Below the pieces are notes generated by a model, which saw only the letters and a program-made list of their open reading frames with translations, was not told the origin of the DNA and did not search any database. This document shows, in pieces, positions 24,626-38,667 of a stretch of DNA of 64,000 nucleotides. This DNA comes from Octopus sinensis. Taxonomy: Eukaryota. The first letter of the stretch is position 1. Each line of letters starts with the position of its first letter. The stretch is taken from positions 5,548 to 69,547 of the forward strand of contig NW_021835976.1 of assembly GCF_006345805.1 (NCBI RefSeq). The letters are read 5' to 3'. The position numbers and the translations under genes were made by a program.

Positions 24626-25739
24626 CGACGACGACGACTATGATAATGGGGATGACGATGATGCCGATGGTGGCGACGACGATGATAATAATGATGATGA
24701 TGATGATGATGATGATGACGACGATGATGATAATTACGATGGTGATGATAACGACTGATGATTATGAGTATCATGATGACGTATGTTAGCGATGGTTTCT
24801 TTGATGGAAGTGTTGGTGATTTTAGTTGCGGTGGTGGTGGTGGTGGTGGTGGTATGTTGGTAGCGATGGTGACGGTAATAGATGTGGCTATGATGGTAAT
24901 GTTGAGAGTATAGGCAGCGTAGTGATGGCCGTGATTGATGGCGATGGTCTATACTGGACCAGATAACATTGATGGTCAATGCGGTTCTTGTTGTTGATGT
25001 CGTTGGTGCAGTCGTTAGTTTCCTTGCTGCTGTAGTTGTTGTTATTGTTGGTATTGTTGTCGATGTTGTTAGTGTTGTTGTTGGTTGTGGTAATAGCGGT
25101 AGTAGTAGAAGTAGTAGTATTAGTGTCGGTGGTGGTAGCGACTTGTTATTGCGTTGTTATTGGTCTTGTTGGTATTACTGTTGTTGTTGTTGTTGTTCTT
25201 GTTGTTAAAGTGGTGGTTGGTGCAGTAGTTGGTCGTGGTGGCATTGTTGTTATTGTTTGTTGTTGTTGCTGGTGGTGGTGGTGGTGGTGGTGGTGGTGGT
25301 GGTGGTGTTGATAACAATTGTCGCATGTTGTATTTCTTTACTATGCAGGTTGTTTATGCATAGTTATTTCCTACTACCACCTCTCTCTCCCTTCATCTCC
25401 CCTCATCTCTTAGCCCTTCTCTCTCAGTCTCTCTCTCTCTCTCAGTCTCTTTCGCTCAGTCTATCTCTCTCTCTCTCTCTCTCTCTCAGTATATATATAC
25501 ATATATATATATACATCTTCCTCTCTATCTCTTTCTCTCTCCGAGTCTTTCTCTCTTTCGCAGTCTCTATCTCTTTCTATTTCTCTGTCCATCTCTCTCT
25601 CAGCCTATCTCTCTGTCACTCTCAGTTTTCTCTCAGTTTTTCTCTCTTCTCTATCTATCTATCTTTCATCTATCTATATCTCTCTTTCCCTCTATATGTC
25701 TGTCTGTCTGTTTCTCTTTCTCTCTCTCCCTTTTTCACG

Positions 25740-25777
<38 letters not shown>

Positions 25778-27060
25778 CCTTTCTCTCTCTCGCTCGCTCG
25801 TTAGGTGAACAGACGATGGTGGACCATTTGTAGGCTGTTGCGTGTGCGTGGGATGTGGCTGTGGAAACGAGAAGGGTCATAATTGTGGAAGAAGATGATT
25901 TAATGGCAACGACTGATGATGGTAATAGGCTCGCATTTTAACTTGAATAGGATGAAAGCACAATGGTATTCATGTGGCAACGTATCCACTACCACCAATA
26001 CCGCTACCACCAACACCGCTACCACTAACACCGCTGTCATCCAACACTGTTATCACTATCGCCAACACTGTTACCACCACTGCCGCGATCCAAAACCACT
26101 GCTACCAACACCACCGTCAGCACTACAACCAACGCCACTAATACGAGTACTATCATTAGCAAGACTACCACCATTATTGTCATAAAATCACCACTACTGC
26201 CAACACCATTATTATATTACTAACAACTCTAACACTAACACTACCACCACCAACACTACTGCCACCACCAACACTACTGCCACCAACACTGCCACCACTA
26301 ACACTAACACTACCACCACCAACACCACTACCACCAACGCCAATACCACCAACACCAATACCACCACTGCCACTAACATCAACCCCAATATCACCAACAC
26401 CACTACCACCACCATCGTTACCCCCAACATCACTACCACCAACAGCACTACCACCACCGCCACTACCATCAACCACAATACCACCAACACCACTACCACA
26501 AACATCACTACACCACCGCCACTACCATCAACCCCAATATCACCAACATCACTACCACAAACACTACTACCAACACCACTACCACCAACACCACTACCAC
26601 CAACACCACTACCATCAATCCCAATATCACCAGCACCACTACCACAAACACCCCCACCCCCAACACCCCTACCACCAATACCACTACCACCAACACCACT
26701 ACCATCAACCCCAATATCACCAACACCACTACCACTAACACCACTACGACCAACCCTACCGCCAGCACAACCTCCAACAACACCACTACCACCATACCAC
26801 TATCACTATCCTTAACGCCACTAGCGCCACCACTACCATCACCATCACCTTTATCACCAATAGCACCACTCTCACTATCACCACTGCCATAAAGAGTATT
26901 ATCACTACCACCGCTACTACCACTATTATTACCACCAACACCATTATTATGAATGCGACTACTAACATTACTCCCACCACCAACACCACCAGCAACATCA
27001 TCATTACAACAGCAACACCAAAAACAAAATCAACAATAAGACAACTACTACACTAACAAG
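21900..27060. repeat. About 5 kb of (ATC)n/(ACC)n/(ATT)n/(GTA)n/(GAT)n/(GGT)n low-complexity arrays
   Basis: Directly visible; small unique islands at ~24050-24185 and ~25800-25990. Confidence 0.95.
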
Positions 27061-27159
27061 TAAAACAACAAATACAACCACTATATCTTTGATAATCATC
27101 ACGATCACAATTACTCAGAGCAATTAAAGCTATTAAAAAAAATTGGTAAAGTTCCCTTT

Positions 27160-27735
27160 TTGAGGCATATGCAGTCATAAGGGCCAGCTTTTCGGTTTCA
27201 TGGCGTATTTATTCCCCACCAGGACGGGGTGCTGGTCGGTCACAGGATTACTCATTTTTGCCAGCTGAGTAGACTAGAGTAACGTGAAATACTCTCTTAT
27301 ACTCTTTTACTTGTTTCAGTCATTTGACTGCTGTCATGCTGGAGCACCGCCTTTAGTCGAGCAAATCGACCCAGGACTTATTCTTTGTAAGCCTAGTACT
27401 TATACTATCGGATTTCTTTTGCCGAACCACTAAGTTACGGGGACGTAAACACAACAGTATCTGTTGTCAAGCGATGTTGGAGGAACAAACACTGCCACAC
27501 AACCATACACACACACACACACACGCACGCACGCACACACACACAGACACGAACACACACACACACACACATATATATATACATATATACGAAGGGTTTC
27601 TTCTAGTTTCTGTCTACCAAATCCACTCACAAGGCTTTGGTCGGCCCAAGGCTATAGTAGAAGAAACTTGCCCAAGGTGCAACGCAGTTGGACTAAATCC
27701 GGAACCATGTAGTTGGTAAGCAAGCTACTCACCAC
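27160..27735 (-). mobile_element. SINE C 3' part (~27160-27290) fused to a SINE family B copy (~27297-27735)
   Basis: CTCATTTTTGCCAGCTGAGT followed by TTTTACTTGTTTCAGTCATTTGACTG...GGTAAGCAAGCTACT. Confidence 0.85.
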
Positions 27736-27779
27736 AACGATAATACCTGCAATAACAACTTCTTGGTGAACTTTCGAAC

Positions 27780-27905
27780 CTGGGTTCTCATTCCTATGGT
27801 ATTATAATCGGAATCTTGGGGTTAGTAGCCCGCGCTCTTAACCACTACGCTATATGCCCGTCGGCAATTATGGCGTAATTTTAGGGCTTATAAATCTAAT
27901 ATTTT
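27780..27905 (-). mobile_element. tRNA-headed SINE fragment of another family
   Basis: Reverse complement gives GGCATATAGCGTAGTGGTTAAGAGCGCGGGCTACTAACCCCAAGATTCC, an A-box-like head. Confidence 0.6.
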
Positions 27906-28813
27906 TCTATTCTTCCTTAATACCGGTTCCCATATGCTATTCATATCTGCACTCGGTCTGCTTAGGAGGTTGTTGTGTCCTAGCATATGTGCTGCTTCTT
28001 TTAGTCTTCATATTTTCCAGTGGTGTTTTCTGTCTATTATTTTAACTTCATCCCACAAGGGAGGTGGTCTCCATTTTTCCATATATGATCAGCTATACCC
28101 AATTTATTAACAAACAAGAGGAGGATAAATATCCGTCGAATGTAAATAATGTAAATAATATATATAAACTTTAACATATCGAACCTTAAGCCAAGCGAGT
28201 CCTTCATACAGTTTCTTTCTACCGAATACCGCGTTCAATCTGAAGCTCCCTTAGAAGATGTATGCCGAAAAAAGTGAACTACAAGGCCTTTCCTGGCCTT
28301 CGCGTGCGAGTTCTAAGATGCCGGATTGTGTATACGATAGTAAGAAAGTGAACTTCTTATGCGATTTTCACAATTTGGAATATGAGAAAAGTTCTACGAA
28401 AACTCGAAATTAATTCACCGTTGCATCCCTCTTGAATACGTTTCATTATCTGCACGCTCCACAGTCAGTTTTGCATCCTCCTTTGCCGATATACTGAAGT
28501 GATTTCATAGCAGTGAACTTAGATTGTAAAGCGAATGGCGTGAGAGCTACCATTAAGGTTGGATCAGGTGCAATATTCACTTCCAGTCTCAAACAATTGT
28601 CCAATATAGAAGAATTTAGTCGAAATTTCAAAACAGAATTAGGAGTAAAAGAGACAAAAGTGCAAACATAAGAAGAAATTCGTTACTTTGAGAAGAGGAA
28701 ATGTGAAAGATTGAATCAAAAGTAATAAGAAAAAAGAGAATAAAACCGACAATGAAGAGATTTAGAAAGGATATAGGAGTGTCATGAAGTCGCCGAAGAA
28801 GACAAAAGTTGAA

Positions 28814-28864
<51 letters not shown>

Positions 28865-29599
28865 GAATGAAAAATATAGAAGACGTAATTGGTATTTTAA
28901 GCTTTATATAACATATCCACGCTTCATTAAACCAACAAAGTTACACAATTGCTTGGCCTAGATTGCTCTTGGGCAATATTATCGTTAAAATGCATCAATG
29001 TTTGACTTAAATATTGTTCGCCAAATAATTTTGTAACCTTGTCAGATGATTTACTGAAGTAAGCATATGTCTTATAAAGCTTAAAATACGAAATCCACTT
29101 ACTGATATCTTTTAATAAATATTTTTCGTATTCGGCACACAGACTTATCCCATGGTTCGAGGATATTCGTCCAATTGTAATGCAGACAAGAATTAAATGT
29201 AGAACTTACTACTACTCCTTAAAGTTTTAATAATTTATCTCACTTTCTAGCACGCCTATACTGTAACATTTATGTATACGAAATTTGTATAGGTTTAAAA
29301 TAATGTGTTAATCATATACGGTCTGCAAAGTACGTGTTGGCGTTCACTAGATTTTATGTGTATGCAAAGTAATTGATAGTTTCATTCTCTGAGGTTGGTC
29401 AACTGATGTAGACACCTGATGAGACTCCAATAATAGCCGAAAATTGATTAAGGTTTCATCTTTAAATCTACAGAAAACAAAGCAAATTTGCCGTTTTTCT
29501 ATGTCTAACATTTACGTTTACATACATACACACATACATACATACACATACATACATACATACATACATACATACATACTTACATACATACATACATAC

Positions 29600-29812
29600 A
29601 TACATACACACATACATACATACATACATACATACATCCATCCATACATACATACATCCATCCATCCATACATACATACATACATACATTAATACAGGCA
29701 CAGGCATGACTGTGTGGCAAGAAGCTTGCTTCCCAAACGCATGGTCCCAGGTTCAATTCGACTTCGTGACAATTTGGGCAAGTGTCTTCTACTATAGATC
29801 AGGTGTGTGTGT

Positions 29813-29893
<81 letters not shown>

Positions 29894-30891
29894 CGTGCCT
29901 GTGTTTGTTTTTGTGCTTGTGTTTGTCCCACCATCATAGCTTGAAAAACAGTGTCAGTGTGTTTACATCTCCGTAATATGGCGCTTCAGCTAAGGAGATC
30001 GTTAGAATACGTACTAAACTTACAAGAATTAATTCTTGGGTTCGATGTGTCCGACTAAAACCTTTCAAGGTGATACTCCAGCACGGCTGCAATCAAATGA
30101 CTGAAACGGGTAAAAGAATACAAGAATAAAAGAACACATACATACGTACATACATGCATACATACATACATTCATACATACATACATACATACATACATA
30201 CATACATACATACATACATACATACATACATGTATACATACATAGGATCACTCCGTCGGTTGCGACGACGAGGGTCCCAGCTGATACGATCCGCGGAACA
30301 GCTTGCTCGTGAAATTAACGTGCTAATGGCTGAGCATTCCACAGACACGTGTACCCTTAACGTAGTTCGCAAGGAGATTCAGCGTGACACAGAGTGTGAC
30401 AAGGCTGTCTCTTTTTGAAGTACAGGTACTACTCATTTTTGCCAGCTGAGTGGACTGGAGCAACATGAAATAAAGTGTCTTGCTTAAGGATACAACGCGT
30501 CACCGGGAATCGAACTCATAACCTTACGATCATAAGTCGAATGCCCTAACCACCAAGCCACGCGCCCTCATACATACATACATTACATACATACATACAT
30601 ACTACATACATACATACATACAATACATACATACATACATACATACATAATACATACATACATACACACATACATACATACATACATACATACATCCATC
30701 CATACATACATACATCCATCCATCCATACATACATACATACATACATTAATACAGGCACAGGCATGACTGTGTGGCAAGAAGCTTGCTTCCCAAACGCAT
30801 GGTCCCAGGTTCAATTCGACTTCGTGACAATTGGGCAAGTGTCTTCTACTATAGATCAGGTGTGTGTGTGTGTATGTGTGTGTGTGTGTGT

Positions 30892-30936
<45 letters not shown>

Positions 30937-31620
30937 TGTGTGTGCGTGCGTGCCTGTGTTTGTTTTTGTGCTTGTGTTTGTCCCACCATCATAGCTTGAA
31001 AAACAGTGTCAGTGTGTTTACATCTCCGTAATATGGCGCTTCAGCTAAGGAGATCGTTAGAATACGTACTAAACTTACAAGAATTAATTCTTGGGTTCGA
31101 TGTGTCCGACTAAAACCTTTCAAGGTGATACTCCAGCACGGCTGCAATCAAATGACTGAAACGGGTAAAAGAATACAAGAATAAAAGAACACATACATAC
31201 GTACATACATGCATACATACATACATTCATACATACATACATACATACATACATACATACATACATACATACATACATACATGTATACATACATAGGATC
31301 ACTCCGTCGGTTGCGACGACGAGGGTCCCAGCTGATACGATCCGCGAACAGCTTGCTCGTGAAATTAACGTGCTAATGGCTGAGCATTCCACAGACACGT
31401 GTACCCTTAACGTAGTTCGCAAGGAGATTCAGCGTGACACAGAGTGTGACAAGGCTGTCTCTTTTTGAAGTACAGGTACTACTCATTTTTGCCAGCTGAG
31501 TGGACTGGAGCAACATGAAATAAAGTGTCTTGCTTAAGGATACAACGCGTCACCGGGAATCGAACTCATAACCTTACGATCATAAGTCGAATGCCCTAAC
31601 CACCAAGCCACGCGCCCTCA
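29600..31620. repeat. Tandem duplication with a 1058-bp period (SINE B plus, SINE C-type minus, TACA tracts)
   Basis: ATGACTGTGTGGCAAG at 29706 and 30764; outside microsatellites I saw only single-base indels between the copies. Confidence 0.95.
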
Positions 31621-32019
31621 TACATACATACATACATACATACATACATACATACATACCATACATACATACATACATACATACATACATGCATACATAC
31701 ATACGGATGGCTGTCTACTTGTTCGCTGATCATGGCCATCGGTGACAGGAATGTGTGCAACAGTCGTGCTAAATTTTTATTTGAATCGAGAGTGAGGCTT
31801 GCACAACATCAGAGTGGCACACACTAGCAACACTGAGAATTCCAGAGAGAAGCGAATAGCAAGATATCCAGAGCCGTTGAGCAGCTGGTTTTAAATAAAA
31901 ATTAGCCATTTTCTAAAGGGACGCCATGACAAAGACCTATTGTCCCTCATCTCCTGTCGCCATACTATACCCTCGGACACCAACCCGACTACTTCTATGC
32001 CCTGCCGCATACATAGATT

Positions 32020-32545
32020 CATATATATTCTCTTATTCTTTTACTTGTTTCAGGCATTTGACTGCGGCCATGCTGAAACACCACCTTCAAGATTTTTAGT
32101 CAAACAAACAGACCCTAGGACTTATTGTTGAAAGCCTAGTACTTATTGCTTCGTCTCTATTTGCTGAACCGCTATGTTACTGGTACGTAAGTACACCAAC
32201 ACTGGTTGTCAAGCGGTGATGGGGAACACAGAAACAAAGACACACATAGATATGTACCTACATATCTATATTTATCTATTTATCTACCTGCCTATCTAAC
32301 TATATATATACACACACTTACATGCGTTTATACACATATACACACACACACATATACACAGACACACACACATATACCACAGGATTCTTTCAATTTCTGT
32401 CTTTGAAATCCACTCACAAGAAAAAGCTTTGGTCTGCCTGGGACTTTAGTAAGAGACGCTTGCACAAGGTGTCGCGCAGTTGGACTGAACACAAGACCAC
32501 GTAGTTGAGAATGAAGCTTCTTATTACACAGCCACGCTTGCGCCT
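32020..32545 (-). mobile_element. SINE family B
   Basis: TTTTACTTGTTTCAG...GAACCGCTA...AAATCCACTCACAAG...CACAGCCAC. Confidence 0.8.
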
Positions 32546-32814
32546 GTATATTCATCCATAGACACACACTTACACGCATATACACATATACGAGCATATA
32601 GATTTAACGCATATATTGCATAAATAAATTACTTACTACAGCTTGTACTTGATACATGTAAGACATGTGACAATGATATAAATGTTAAACGGATACATGG
32701 AGTTTGATATACGACGGATGTACGTATATTAACCATTAAAATATCCATAGAAGTGAATCCCCTATTGCGTTTTACAAATATTGCAAATTTTATACTTGTG
32801 CAATATTGGTTTCC

Positions 32815-33242
32815 TATTTTGGCACAAGAATAGCAATTTCGGGGGATTTTGGCACAAAGCCAGCAATTTGTTTTATAAGTCGATTATATCAGCCACAGTC
32901 TTCAACTGATACTTATTTTATCAACCCCAGAAGTCGACCTCGACGGAATTTAAACGCAGAACGTAAGGACCGACGAAATGTCTAGCGGTGTTTTGACCTG
33001 CAGGCTAACTGTTCCGTCAGCCCTCTACCTTAGTAATACTGATTTCCTTATGTAATACTGCTTTAAAATTTTGCCACAAGGCCAACAATTTTGGGGGAGG
33101 GGGGTAAGTCGATTACATTGACCTTAGTACTCAACCCCGAAAGCATGAATGGCAAAGTTGACCCCGGCAGAATCTGAACGCAGAAAGTAAAGACAACCGA
33201 AATGCCGCTAAGAATGTCACCCGCTGTGCGAACGATTCTGCA
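32815..33242 (-). mobile_element. Two SINE family A copies
   Basis: Family A blocks at ~32815-33030 and ~33068-33242. Confidence 0.8.
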
Positions 33243-33789
33243 TAATTATGTAATGCTAGAAATATTTTCTTCACCAAGTGGCGAGAACACAAGTTCGTTA
33301 GCGGGTAGGGCAAGAGGCTAGATGGTTTGTTTATTATTCCGGTTTCTTAGATTCTTAGTTCCCATTCTACAGTTTCACTAAATAAATATGAATCGAGAAT
33401 TCGGCTTAGAGTAACCGTGTAGTTTTATTCTACAGGGTACAGCAAGCGTTTTACCTAAGCTAGAAATAAATATTGTGTAATTTGTATATTAGCATCGTGT
33501 CTTCATATGTCGGTATGAACTTTCTTCGCAATACATAGCGTATGAATGTATATATAATATAAGAAGCACTAGTGTTGTGAATATTATGGATCAAACAAAA
33601 CCCAATTTATTTGCTTTGCTTCTTCACCTGTAGGTTGCGATTTAGCATGGTGGGGGTGCATATCTCAGGTATTTTAACACCAGGTGCTTTCAGGGAAGTA
33701 TCCCGACCGCGCTAATTCGCAACCTACCGGCGAACAAATATACTGCTTGCGTTGAGTATTCGTGATCGATAAGGTTTATATACACACAC

Positions 33790-33841
<52 letters not shown>

Positions 33842-33862
33842 ACTAGCGTGTGTGTGAGAGAG

Positions 33863-34010
33863 AAGGCACGTGACCTAGTGGTTAAGATGTTCTCAAATGA
33901 CGATCTCGCGATTGTGATTTTGATTTCCAATCCGGCGACGTATTGCGTTCCTAAACAAAACACTTTATTTCAAGCTGCTTCATTTCACTCAGCTCTAAAT
34001 TGGTAACCAT
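33863..34010 (+). mobile_element. SINE family C 5' part, degraded
   Basis: GGCACGTGACCTAGTGGTTAAG head; AAAACACTTTATTTC core. Confidence 0.7.
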
Positions 34011-34504
34011 TTGATAACCTGGAATTCTCCTCAGGAGCGATGCCGTCCTATACACTAACCAGAGTGATGACGTCATTAAAATCTTGAACAATGCGTGGAA
34101 CCGCTTGGCCCAACAGTTGTATTACAACATTCAAAAGTCTCGCTGATAGAAATCGACGTTACTGTTACTTTTTTAATCCCATGAACAACCATGTTAAGCT
34201 GCAATAAACATCAGATCTCAGTATAGTTATCGCTCTTATCTTTTATTGGGATTTTCTAGTTAAGTTGCTTGTTGCAAGATCAGTGGCTGTGTGTCGCTTG
34301 GTTTTCTACATATTGCGAGCTGGAGTGAGCTACTGCTATTTCTAGCAGGCGAATATCGACCTTCGAAGATGACCACAAATAGGTCAAAACTGTACTGTCT
34401 GGTTGTTCCGCAGTCCCCTGCTTGCAAAATATGTATATCATATTTGTAAACAAACCGGAAGGCTTTGTAAGTTACGGAGATAGAGCGACTATGAATACTA
34501 TACA

Positions 34505-35200
34505 TACGCTGATTTAAAGTGACATTTATATATCAACAATTGACTGAAAAATGATGAGCTAACCCCAACCAAGATCGAACCCACAAATCAATGCATACAC
34601 GGCTCCTTGCGATTCCAATTGGACCAAATGCTCACCCATGAATTTCAGAGCCAAATTTTATGAAAATATACTTTAACTGTCCAATACTACATATAACATT
34701 TGTAAACAAACTAGAAGGTTTTGTAAGTTACGGAGATAGAGCGAGTATCGAACTCTATTACTACAATTAATGTATATATTCATGAAATTTGATTGAAATT
34801 GATGGGTTAGGGTTTGGCCCAATCGGATGCGCAAAGAGGGTCCGATTTGTGGATCCGATTCTGGCTGGGGTTAGCTCATCATTTTTTGTCAATTTTTTAT
34901 ATATAAATGCTGTTTTAAATCGGAGTATAGATATTATTATTATATTATTATACAGTTATTATAGTACTAATAGATTTCCATAGTCATTCTACCTCCATAA
35001 TTAGAAAAATCTTTCTTTACAAATATTATATGTAGTAATGGACAGTTAAAGTATATATTCATAAAATTTGGCTGAAATTGATGGCCCAGTTGGATACGCA
35101 AGGAGCCGTGTGGGTTCGTTTCCGACTGGGGTTAGCTCATTTTTCTGTCAATTGTTTATATATAAATGTCACTTTAAATGGGAGTATGTATATTATTATT
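34505..35200. repeat. Three diverged ~200-250-bp units (one reverse, two forward)
   Basis: ATGAGCTAACCCC at 34554-34566 versus GGGGTTAGCTCAT at 34867-34879 and 35128-35140, with extended flanking similarity. Confidence 0.8.
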
Positions 35201-35201
35201 A

Positions 35202-35703
35202 CCGTAAATCCTCGAGTATAGTCCGCCCTAGAGTATAATACGCAGGGAATTTTTAGGGGGCTGGTACTCTGAAAAACTTAAACCTTGTGTATAATACGCA
35301 CCCCTTTTCTAACGTGAGTCAAGGATATCTATATAACGTCGTTGGCTTGTAAAAATGTGTACGGGAACGTCCTTTATTATTATTGTACATATAACATAAT
35401 GCAAACGTGTAGCTTTTTTGTGCATTTTGTTTGCAGAAAATAAAGAAATAACCATAATAAAGTTTAATAAATGTTGTTTACTGATGATTCTTTTATGACT
35501 TCATTACTTTCAGGCTTAGTTTAAGGTATTTTCGCGCCTGACATCACAAAATGCGTCTGAATAAGCGTTGCCGGACAGCAAATAGAGACTCGGACATTGC
35601 TTAGAAAATAATTTTCATTTTTAACCTCGTATATAGTATGCACTAGGGATTTTGACTTTTAAATTTTGGGGGGAAAATACGGATTATACTCGAGGATTTA
35701 CGG
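35202..35703. mobile_element. Non-autonomous pogo/Tc1-mariner-type MITE, 502 bp
   Basis: Perfect 19-bp TIRs CCGTAAATCCTCGAGTATA (35202-35220 / 35685-35703), TA on both sides, no ORF. Confidence 0.9.
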
Positions 35704-36472
35704 TATGATATATTATGATATATTATTACATAGTTATTATTGTATTATATATAGAGATAGATGTAAATCGGGTGCAGACAGCCTCGAATAACCAGCTGAA
35801 TGAGGTGTCCTCCTAGGGTTAGAAATAGAAGTAACGTCTGTTCCTACGGAACAGCTATGTTTAAGTGGCTATAAACATTACATCTCAGTATAGTTACTGC
35901 TCTCATCTCACAGAGATTTTCCAACTAGATTCTTCAGTTTTTATTTCATGTAGAAACACTTACAATAATATGATTAGTAAATATTTAACTGTATTACAGT
36001 ATTGATTCCTAATCTTGACAGGTTTAACTACTCCGGCTTGGGGTAGACATTGGAACTCTAGTGGCAAAGACGTGGATCTGTACTCCTCAAAACAACGGAA
36101 GCCCTGAACGAGGGTCCTGCAACTTAACGTCATACGCTATCGGTTAAATAACATCTAACCACCAGAACCAGGATACATGGTGGATATGAACTAATTCTGC
36201 AAATGAATTTATTGAATCAATGGTGAATATTACTAGATGCTGAGACAACAGAGTCTTAAAGACCAGAATCAGTCAGTTCAGTTAGCGAACTGCTGCCATC
36301 AGCTGTAGTAGAGGAGTCAACAGATGAGATATATAAGCTAGCGAAGGAGCAGTGTGGCTAAAAACTTGACCAGATATTCATGCTCCCACTGTTCGATCAA
36401 GTCGCCTAGTATGGAACAGTTACAACGGTTTGGGTTAGTCATCCGGTCGGAATAGATGGAAGATAAATATTG

Positions 36473-36676
36473 GCACAAGGTCAGCATTTTGGGGGAGGGG
36501 ACAAGTCGATTACATTTATGCCAATGTTCAACTAGTACGCTATTTTATTCACCCTGAAATGATGAAAGGTAAAATCAACCCCGGCGGAATTTAAACCCAG
36601 AACGTGAAGTGGAACACAATGCTGCAAAGTATTTTGCGTGGCATGCTAACGATTCTGCCAGCTCACCGACTTAAAA
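36473..36676 (-). mobile_element. SINE family A with a 17-bp target-site duplication
   Basis: ATGGAAGATAAATATTG at 36456-36472 and 36677-36693. Confidence 0.9.
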
Positions 36677-38031
36677 ATGGAAGATAAATATTGAGTATTC
36701 TGATCTGACAACCTTTTCGTACTAGGAAAGAGAGTACAGCTAAATATTACTCAACGTTACGGTTGCTGACATACAATTTCACTTTGCTTTCAGGAAAACA
36801 TGGCCTTGTCTTCTTCTCAGGCGTTTTCATCGGATACGAAACTTCAGAGATTCGGCATCTTCGATAATTTAATTGTTACTTAGACAGATATGAATTTTGT
36901 AAGATACTTTAGATACATTTAAAGCGTATCCTCTCATGAACAACATAGTGGTCTTCATATGAATAATTGCTAAACTCCAAAATAAATTAACATATTCTCT
37001 CTTAATCTAAATCAAGTTCTCTCGTATGACAAAGCACACAATACTCATATTCACACACACACACATACACACGCGCACACAAATACACAAGCAGACACAC
37101 GCGCACACACACGCACTCAAACACACACATACGTACGCACACACACATACATGCACACACACGCACACACACACGTATGCACACACATATTCATACATTC
37201 AGAGATATTCGTTCCAATATGCACTTATACACACAAACAAATATGCCTTTTGCAGAGAAGCTGTATATCTGACTGAAGATTAGATAGTTTCATGTATTGC
37301 ACTTACCAAACATTGATATGTGCATCGCATGAAACTCTCGAACTTTGAGTTAATGATGTAACTTTTCAGCCGAATATATATTCATATTTTTGAGTACCGA
37401 GTTCTGTTTCCCTCTTTTGTTCTCAAAAGTCTGTATGTATATGTACGTATATTTATTTTGGCATGTCTGAGTGTGTATATGTCTGTGTGTGTGTCTGTGA
37501 GCATGTGTGCTTGTTTGTATGTGTGTGTGTGTTCTTAGGAGTGAGAGAGAGAGAGAGAGAGAAAGTGTGTGTTTGTGAGTGTGTGTGTTTGTGAGTGTGT
37601 GTGTTTGTACTGAAGGAGTTTCACGAATGAAGAGAAACTTATTTATATGACTATATGTATAAGGAATCAGATTGATAGAAAATTATACATACATATTGCA
37701 ATAAAACATATTTACAGCTTTTTACTCCATTGTTGGGCATATACACATGCGCACACACACATATGAATATGCACATGCAAAAACCTATATACATACAAAC
37801 GCACTTATAAACAGGCATAAACATAAGCACTCATTCAAACATACACCTAAACAAACATGCGCTTAGACATAAATACACAAAGAGTCTCTTTCGGATTTTT
37901 CGCTCTAGCTCAGACAAACACGCTAAAACGTATAACTACCGCACATTTATATATATATATATATACACACACACACAAAACATCAACGACAACACGAGCA
38001 ACAAATATATGGCCAATAAAAATATATATTA

Positions 38032-38066
<35 letters not shown>

Positions 38067-38499
38067 TTGTTACTCCTACTGTATATTTTTGGTTTCTGCT
38101 TCTTGTTGTTTTTTTTACGTTTCTTATTGTTATAACAAAGGCGAAATATCATAAATTTCAAACATTTATATAACCAAAATCATATTAATAAGAAGAAAAA
38201 GTAATAATAATAATAATGATAATAATAATAATAATATTAATAATAAAAATAATAATAACAGCAATAGCACCAACAATAACAATAATAATAATAAACGAAT
38301 ATCAACAAATAAATAAGAATAATGTGAAACTCGGCACATTGCATGGCACTGCTCAGTGATTTATTGCATTCGCTGCAGTTAATATGCAGTTAATATAGCG
38401 AGAGAATGCATCAGACACATCAGACCAGCTGCCTGCATCTGCAACAGATTCATGCTTTAAGTAGAGTAGTATAAAGGAATGTATCGTTATACAGCCATT

Positions 38500-38620
38500 C
38501 ACTGTTATATATATATATATACGTATGCATGTATGTATATTTTTATGTATGTATACATGTGCGTGTATACGTGTGTGCTTGTATATTCATATATATACCC
38601 ATGAATATTTTTTATTTTGC

Positions 38621-38667
<47 letters not shown>

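Noticed and set aside
28446-28670. Non-repetitive short ORFs on both strands as possible host exons
   Set aside because: No recognisable domain and weak splice signals; needs RNA-seq
35905-35945. Minus-strand CTGAAGA...GAAA hammerhead-like match
   Set aside because: Stem II is unpaired and position 17 would be G, which is not permitted
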